A DNA stretch of 47,411 nucleotides from an uncultured Anaerolineae bacterium. GTDB taxonomy: Bacteria; Chloroflexota; Anaerolineae; Promineifilales; Promineifilaceae. The notes beneath the pieces were generated by a model, which was not told where the DNA came from, did not search any database, and saw nothing but the letters and a program-made list of their open reading frames with translations. Positions 41,804 through 47,411 of this stretch are shown piece after piece (the first letter of the stretch is position 1; the number at the start of each line of letters is the position of its first letter). The stretch spans positions 1-47,411 of the forward strand of contig CALECP010000146.1 in assembly GCA_937949915.1 (NCBI GenBank), given 5' to 3'. The translations under genes were made by a program, and so were the position numbers.

Positions 41804-44800
41804 TCAACCATTCGGGGCAGTGTCTTGGGCGCGGCCGAACCGCGAAAACAAGCCCATCAAAAACAAACAGCCGATGAGCAACGGCAGCAGAGAGGGTACG
41901 CCAGTGGTGCTGGTCGTTAGCGTGACGCTGGTCGGCACGGCCGTGTTTGGAATCCCTGGCGTACCGCCCTGTGTACTGCTTGCCACCCAATTAGCCGCTA
42001 TCTGATTGTCGAGGCTGGTCTCGCTCAACGAAAAAGAGGGGCCTGTGCCATCCGGCGCGGCCGTCCATGCCCCTTCATCATCATACGTCACCGTATCAAC
42101 GACATTGCCTTGTGCATCAGACAGCGTAATTTGCTCGCCCCCATTCGCCAGCTTGCCACTGACCCAGCCAAACACCTGATACCCATTGCCGGTGTAGGTG
42201 GCGGGATCGATAGTGATCACGATATATTCGTCTGGCGCAATCGTTGCCCCGGCCGTAAATGTAAATGCCACCCCATCTGTCAGCGCATAGCCACCGAGAT
42301 CGATAGTGGTATTACCCGCATTGTACAGTTCGACAAATTCATACATCTCATCGTCCCCTTGCGTCGGGGCGGGGTTGTAATGGATTTCGTTGATCACAAG
42401 CTGCTCGGCCCGCTCAAAGACGGCCGTCACACTGACATCCCCGGCCGGGTTGATCACCGTTTCCGTCGCTTGGCCAACGGCCGCACCCTGCCAGCCAGCA
42501 AACCGATAGCCGTCGGCCGCGACTGCCTGTAACTGCAACGGCACATCCCGATAAAATGCGGCCGTCACACTGCTATCTGTCATCTTGACCGTATGCGCTT
42601 CGATATGCCCTGGGCCGACAACGTTCATCGTCACATCAAGCAAGTCAGAATCAAGGTTAAAGCGGTTTTCGAGATCGCCACGCATGTAGTCCGGCCGTTG
42701 TTCTGCAAATTGGCGCAGCACATCAACATTCTCCTGCCACTCCGCCATCGTGTCTGGTTGACCCCAGCGGCCGATATGGTTGGGCATTTCCGGGGCGATG
42801 ATGTCTTGCACCGCGTCGATATGCGCCACCACATGATCGCTGGCAAATATCGTGTTGAAATACGCCGCAAACCGTTGCACAAATTCATCCTCAAACGCCT
42901 GATTATCGATCAGGGAACGGAACAACATCGTTGACCAGGGCGGGTTTGGCCATGCAGGGCCACTCGAGGAAAGTGCGAACCCCAGCGTATTGTGCGAAGC
43001 GGTGCTGGTATCTTCATACAGCGCAAAGCCAAAGTCGAGATCGTAGGTGATCCACCGCCAGCGGCCGTCTGGCTGCTCGCGCCAATGTTTTGAGTTATTG
43101 CCCGGCCAATCGGTGTTGGCAAAGTAGATTTGGGCGATTTGATAGTCGATCAATTGGCTTATGTCGAGTTGATCAGCGATAGCTGTATAATTGGCAGCAT
43201 CAGAAAGATCGTTGTTGATGAGCGAATTGAGCAACGCAATGTAATCATCTGCACTGCCTTCATTCACCTCTGTCGCATACTCCAAAATATCGACCTCATC
43301 AGGATCAACATTATGATGCCAGTGCAGGTAATCTTCGTTGATCTTTTCGCGGATATTCATAATGCCCCAATACGCGCCATTGATAAACACGGCCGCAGGG
43401 CGATACGCTTGCCCATCCATATCCATTTCTGGCGCAATCAATGATTGCATCATGCCATCACGCATCATCGTCTCTGGCGCATCGTTGCCCGAATTGCGGA
43501 GAACAAACGCATCGTATTGGTCGAGCGATAGCGTGTCGAACAGTTGATAATCGAGCGTATCTTCACCATATTGATCACGGAAGAAAACGCTGAGTGATTT
43601 CTCTGACATATTGCGACTACAGCCGCCAAAGATGCGCGTCCCAGCATTTTCGTTAAACGCTTGTGTACCGTCTGGCTCGTACAGTTCGATGCTGATCGGC
43701 CGTTCCCATTTCTGGTTCCAGTTGACCGGCCGCCCCGCACAAAATTCGTCGATCCCGTTCGTGCCTTCTACATAGATGCCGATCTCATCGTCCCACAAAT
43801 GGTCGGGCGCAATCCCAATCGACACAATCGGCAACGTGCTTGTTTCGTCGATCAAATACGTTTGCGCCACCACCGCGCTGGGCAGCACCCCATTGCCAAA
43901 CGCCACCGCTTTGACCACCGTGTTGTCGCTGATCGCAATTGCGCCTGTGTAGGTGGGCGAGGTGCGCGTCGGGGTCGATCCGTCTGTTGTGTAATGAATG
44001 GTGTCCGCGGCCGTCAGTGTCACATTAATGGCAGACGCATACACGCCCCCGCTCTCGCTAAATTGGGGCGCGGCCGCCCGTGTTTGGTCAGCCAGCATCA
44101 TGCCATTCGGCTGCTCGGCCGTGCCTTCCATAAAGCCCCACGTCGCCGCGCCATCTGTCTCCCGGCCGTATGCCATATCAAACCCTATCGCCGGATACGT
44201 CACCGTGTCGATCAATTGCTCATTTTGATCGTATAAGCTCACCGTTTCACCATTGTCGCTCAATTTGAAGTTGGTGTGATTGCCGCTCGTTTCTTCGTCT
44301 GCCCAGATGAGTAGATAGCCACCGGGCGCGATCACGCTCCCGGCCGCGATCTCCCATTTGCGGGGATTGGCTTCGTCATCGCTGATGTAAAAACCGGACA
44401 CATCAATCGGCTGCGCGGCCGGGTTATACAGTTCGATCCAGTCGGTAAAGTTGCCAAAATCACGGTCGAGCAACGTCGTGCCATTTAGTGCCATCAATTC
44501 ATTGATCTGCACAGGCACGGCCGCCCCGGCCGCCACTTGCTCCTTCACACTCACATTATCAAAACAAACCAGACCCGTATCATTCCCCACAAGCAGAGCC
44601 AAGTCGATGTAGGAGTCGGTCACAGATGCGGTGTAGACGGCCGTGTATGTCTGCATCGTCGTATCAATCGCTACTGCACCAATGCCCACCGTTTCCCACG
44701 ACGGATCAGCTTCGTACAATTGCCATTCAACAGTGCGCGGCACATCTGCCCGCGCATCAAAACGGATTTCATAGCTCGCCCCCGCTTGTATAAACATTTG

Positions 44801-45955
44801 CCCCGTCGCAATCGACACATGCCATGCGGCCGAACCGCCATTAAACACGTCGATACACGCCTCCCCATCGAGATGACGCAGCAGCGCCCCACCACCATTA
44901 AACCGATTGAGCCACCACCCCTCTGTCTCATCCCAAAAGCCACCATTTTCGACCAAATTGACGGCCGCTGGCGGATCAACTGCCTCAAGAATTACGTCAT
45001 CCAGGCAAAACGCCGTTGTTGAGCCGCCCAGATAAAACGTCAATTGTGTCGTGGTGTCGGCCGTTGCCTGAAAGGTGTGAACATACGTTGCGTCATACGG
45101 TTCGAGCATATGTGTCAGTCGAAAAACAGGCGTGGTTGTCCCCACTTGCACCGTCAGATCGCGCACCACATCAGCCTCTGCCATGTAGCGCAATTGATAA
45201 TGCTGCCCGGCCGTTAACACCACACCACTTTGCGACAGCCGAATCGCTTCGGGCGTTGTGCCACCGTTGCTAATCGTGGCACATGCCGCCTCGCTACTCG
45301 TGCTGATGACGGCCGTCGCCGGTGGCACAGTCACCATTCCCCAATCGATCAGCCCCTCTTCAAATCCTTCATTGTTCAATAAATTGTCGTAAGTTGGCGG
45401 CACATACAGCTCTTCATAGCTCACATTGTCGATGCAAACGGTGTTCTCCCCATGACTGCCCAATTGAAAAACAAGTTCAGACCCATTATCGGTGTACTCC
45501 GATACAAACATCATCGTAAACGTTTCTTTTTCTGTCGTTAACGGCCGTTGGGTATGGTAGTACACCGTCCAGGGTGCTTCGGCCAAGCCAAGATTGAGAT
45601 CGAGCGGCCGGGCTTCTGTCGCATACGCATCAAAGCTGATCTGGTAGCTGCTGCCTTCTTCAACGGACACATTCCCCTGCCCAAACAAAACCGACCATAT
45701 ATTTTGCCCTTCGCCTGTGATGGTGACACACGCCTCGCCGTTGACAACGGAAACAGACGCATTCCCCCCTTCGGCCGTATTGCTATAATCCCACCAGCCG
45801 CTCCGGCCGCTGCTAAAATCCCCATTCGTGAGCAAATTATCCGCCCGTGTCGCCATCGCCGTCGCAAACGACAATTGTTGCTCTGCAAACACAGACGGCA
45901 CAACAACCAACAATACAAACAACAAACAAATTATTTTCAGATGATCGATTTTCAT
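41804..45955 (-). CDS. Giant surface protein: signal peptide, 3 CBM4_9-like modules, LTD, chitobiase/Hex-C-like domain, CotH kinase-like domain, second LTD, C-terminal anchor
   Basis: 1383 aa.
- Signal peptide: MKIDHLKIICLLFVLLVVVPSVFA.
- Three modules of about 150 aa, opening NLLTNGDFSSGRSGWW / NLLNNEGFEEGLIDW / NLVENGGFWDETEGWW.
- LTD-like: VQINELMALN...FTDWIELYNP and LVINEIHYNP...YEFVELYNAG.
- Chitobiase/Hex-C-like: IHYTTDGSTPT.
- CotH-like core: LPIVSIGIAPDHLWDDEIGIYVEG...LSVFFRDQYG...FVLRNSGND.
- C-terminal anchor: SLLPLLIGCLFLMGLFSRFGR. Confidence 0.86.
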   Translation of the reverse strand: MKIDHLKIICLLFVLLVVVPSVFAEQQLSFATAMATRADNLLTNGDFSSGRSGWWDYSNTAEGGNASVSVVNGEACVTITGEGQNIWSVLFGQGNVSVEEGSSYQISFDAYATEARPLDLNLGLAEAPWTVYYHTQRPLTTEKETFTMMFVSEYTDNGSELVFQLGSHGENTVCIDNVSYEELYVPPTYDNLLNNEGFEEGLIDWGMVTVPPATAVISTSSEAACATISNGGTTPEAIRLSQSGVVLTAGQHYQLRYMAEADVVRDLTVQVGTTTPVFRLTHMLEPYDATYVHTFQATADTTTQLTFYLGGSTTAFCLDDVILEAVDPPAAVNLVENGGFWDETEGWWLNRFNGGGALLRHLDGEACIDVFNGGSAAWHVSIATGQMFIQAGASYEIRFDARADVPRTVEWQLYEADPSWETVGIGAVAIDTTMQTYTAVYTASVTDSYIDLALLVGNDTGLVCFDNVSVKEQVAAGAAVPVQINELMALNGTTLLDRDFGNFTDWIELYNPAAQPIDVSGFYISDDEANPRKWEIAAGSVIAPGGYLLIWADEETSGNHTNFKLSDNGETVSLYDQNEQLIDTVTYPAIGFDMAYGRETDGAATWGFMEGTAEQPNGMMLADQTRAAAPQFSESGGVYASAINVTLTAADTIHYTTDGSTPTRTSPTYTGAIAISDNTVVKAVAFGNGVLPSAVVAQTYLIDETSTLPIVSIGIAPDHLWDDEIGIYVEGTNGIDEFCAGRPVNWNQKWERPISIELYEPDGTQAFNENAGTRIFGGCSRNMSEKSLSVFFRDQYGEDTLDYQLFDTLSLDQYDAFVLRNSGNDAPETMMRDGMMQSLIAPEMDMDGQAYRPAAVFINGAYWGIMNIREKINEDYLHWHHNVDPDEVDILEYATEVNEGSADDYIALLNSLINNDLSDAANYTAIADQLDISQLIDYQIAQIYFANTDWPGNNSKHWREQPDGRWRWITYDLDFGFALYEDTSTASHNTLGFALSSSGPAWPNPPWSTMLFRSLIDNQAFEDEFVQRFAAYFNTIFASDHVVAHIDAVQDIIAPEMPNHIGRWGQPDTMAEWQENVDVLRQFAEQRPDYMRGDLENRFNLDSDLLDVTMNVVGPGHIEAHTVKMTDSSVTAAFYRDVPLQLQAVAADGYRFAGWQGAAVGQATETVINPAGDVSVTAVFERAEQLVINEIHYNPAPTQGDDEMYEFVELYNAGNTTIDLGGYALTDGVAFTFTAGATIAPDEYIVITIDPATYTGNGYQVFGWVSGKLANGGEQITLSDAQGNVVDTVTYDDEGAWTAAPDGTGPSFSLSETSLDNQIAANWVASSTQGGTPGIPNTAVPTSVTLTTSTTGVPSLLPLLIGCLFLMGLFSRFGRAQDTAPNG

Positions 45956-46036
45956 TCTTTGCCTTCCCTTTGTCTCTTAAAATTTTGTTCGCATTATAAA
46001 CAATTTCACAAAATGAGCGATCTTCTCCCCCCAAAA

Positions 46037-46063
46037 GTAGAGACGCACCGGTGGTGCGTCTCT
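46037..46063. repeat. GTAG-headed REP-like palindrome, copy 2 (probable terminator of the aldolase gene)
   Basis: GTAGAGACGCACCGGTGGTGCGTCTCT is identical to 23581-23607, with 11-bp arms. On the minus strand it is followed by ACTTTTGG. It lies 54 nt downstream of the ltaE stop. Confidence 0.85.
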
Positions 46064-46116
46064 CTCTTCAATTTTGCGTTCCCTCTTCATCCGTCATACA
46101 CCTCTTACATCTCGTC

Positions 46117-47169
46117 TCAATTAAGATCAATACCGCGCAAAGCAGTCAATAACGCTTCGATTTCCGGCTCGCCGATCCAGTAGTGGGTAACGGCGCGGAA
46201 GTTGCGGTCGCCCCGTTTGTACCCTGCGCCGATCCAAATGTTGGCACGTTCGCGCAATTGTTCCGCCACCTCGGCCGACGATAAGGCAACCGACTCATCC
46301 AAGCTAAAAAACACCATATTTGTGTACACAGTCGCCGGATCGATCACAATGCCGGGAATCGTCGCCAAGCCAGCGGCCAGCATTTTGGCGTGGCGATGAT
46401 CGTCTGCCAGCCGCTCGATATTTTCGTCGAGCGCGACGATGCCAGCGGCCGCCATGAAACCAGCTTGCCGCATACCGCCCCCCACCAGTTTACGGGCGCG
46501 ACGTGCTTTGTGGATAAAGTCGGCCGTGCCAACAACGACCGATCCGACCGGCGCACACAGCCCTTTGCTCAGGCAAAACGTCATCGAATCGACATATTGC
46601 GTGATGGCAGAGACAGGCACATCAAGCGCAACGGCCGCATTAAAAACCCGCGCCCCATCGAGATGCACCAGTAAATGATGCTTGTCGGCAAGCGCACGCA
46701 CGGCCGCCAAATAGTCGAGTGCAAGCGGAATACCATAGCGTCCCCCGGCCGTCGTCTCTAGCGTGATCACGCGGCTACGCGGAAAGTGCGGATCGTCAGC
46801 GCGAATACTGTTTTCGATTTCGTTTAAGTCCATACGGCCGTGCGAATCGGCCGGCAGCACACGCGGCACAATGCCGCCCAGCACCGCCATGCCACCCGCT
46901 TCCCAGTTATACGTGTGGTTCGCCTCCCCTACGATCACCTCATCCCCACGCCCCGCATGGGCCAGCAAACTGACCAAATTGCCCTGTGTGCCACTGGTCA
47001 CAAACAGCCCTGCTTCTTTCTGTGTCAAAACGGCCGCCTGCGCCTCCAGCTTGTTCATCGTCGGGTCTTCGCCATACACATCATCGCCAATCGCCGCATT
47101 CGCCATCGCCTCGCGCATCGTCGGGGTCGGCCACGTCACCGTATCAGATCGAAAATCAATTCGTTTCAT
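46117..47169 (-). CDS. ltaE: Low-specificity L-threonine aldolase (PLP-dependent, beta-eliminating lyase family)
   Basis: Start moved to ATG 47169 (MKRIDFRSDTVTWPTPTMREAM...GDDVYGEDPT...TSGTQGN...CLSKGLCAPVGS, with the PLP Lys). Confidence 0.9.
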   Translation of the reverse strand: MKRIDFRSDTVTWPTPTMREAMANAAIGDDVYGEDPTMNKLEAQAAVLTQKEAGLFVTSGTQGNLVSLLAHAGRGDEVIVGEANHTYNWEAGGMAVLGGIVPRVLPADSHGRMDLNEIENSIRADDPHFPRSRVITLETTAGGRYGIPLALDYLAAVRALADKHHLLVHLDGARVFNAAVALDVPVSAITQYVDSMTFCLSKGLCAPVGSVVVGTADFIHKARRARKLVGGGMRQAGFMAAAGIVALDENIERLADDHRHAKMLAAGLATIPGIVIDPATVYTNMVFFSLDESVALSSAEVAEQLRERANIWIGAGYKRGDRNFRAVTHYWIGEPEIEALLTALRGIDLN

Positions 47170-47200
47170 ATCTCTATCTCTATCTCTCGTCTCTATCCAC
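47170..47200. repeat. Short hexamer microsatellite (TCTCTA)n at the lspA/ltaE junction
   Basis: Plus strand: ATCTCTATCTCTATCTCTCGTCTCTATCC. It spans the lspA stop (TAG, 47182-47180) and the 10-nt spacer before the ltaE ATG. Confidence 0.6.
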
Positions 47201-47411
47201 TTCCTCATCCAGTTTATGCGCCGCAAACAGCGACAAATACCCCAAAATGATCGCCCCGCTCACCACCGCCATATCCGCCACATTGAACACATACCAATCG
47301 GCCCAGCGAAACGGCAAAATCGAACTAAGATCAAAGTCGAGAAAGTCAGTTACATGCCCCAGCCAGATGCGGTCTATCAAGTTGCCAATCGCCCCGCCCA
47401 AGATCAAGCCC
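47180..47411 (-). CDS. lspA: Lipoprotein signal peptidase II (partial; 5' end beyond the right edge)
   Basis: [26 protein letters not shown]...[16 protein letters not shown] contains the conserved LspA GNxxDR and FN(V/I)AD motifs. The frame stays open to position 47411. Confidence 0.88.
   Translation of the reverse strand, partial: GLILGGAIGNLIDRIWLGHVTDFLDFDLSSILPFRWADWYVFNVADMAVVSGAIILGYLSLFAAHKLDEEVDRDER

Overview
This is a 47.4-kb chromosomal segment, about 50-55% GC by eye. The bacterium looks Chloroflexota-like: it has a T-box leader, secreted multidomain proteins with Pro/Thr linkers, GlgE/GH57 glucan genes and several leaderless-type starts. The taxon is inference only.

Most of the window is core genes:
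- a YbiT-like ABC-F ATPase
- a CAP+esterase exoprotein
- a GT39-like glycosyltransferase
- an FmdB zinc-ribbon protein
- a LonC-type protease
- a tandem-cyclase protein
- H-NOX plus a hybrid histidine kinase
- a CPBP protease
- aroQ
- an OmpR-type regulator
- a FecCD/ABC importer pair
- tyrA
- valS
- mreB
- a GH57-GlgM-GlgE alpha-glucan cluster
- SDRs
- a BmrCD-like heterodimeric ABC exporter
- a 1383-aa CotH/LTD/CBM surface protein
- threonine aldolase
- partial lspA

Accessory and mobile signals:
1. A 1.18-kb low-GC single-gene cassette (12345-13484) sits at the 3' end of the cyclase gene. It is bracketed by a 45-bp duplication of that gene's last 14 codons. An orphan UPF0175 antitoxin and a YefM-like/YoeB pair with a frameshifted toxin follow it. 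This whole 2.2-kb stretch lacks the otherwise ubiquitous CGGCCG motif.
2. A 203-bp MITE with 23-bp terminal inverted repeats and a 10-bp target duplication.
3. A decayed IS4-like transposase remnant.
4. GTAG-headed REP-like palindromes.
5. A paralogous intergenic element present twice in inverted orientation.

Regulatory RNA signals:
- a Val-type (GUC) T-box leader at the head of a six-gene string that ends in valS
- a 28-codon leader ORF plus a four-segment double-terminator attenuator ahead of the ABC exporter

Globally, the palindrome CGGCCG occurs about once per 160 bp.

The best candidate for an undescribed system is the cassette gene. It has a possible PD-(D/E)xK-like D...QxK core and lies in a toxin-antitoxin islet.
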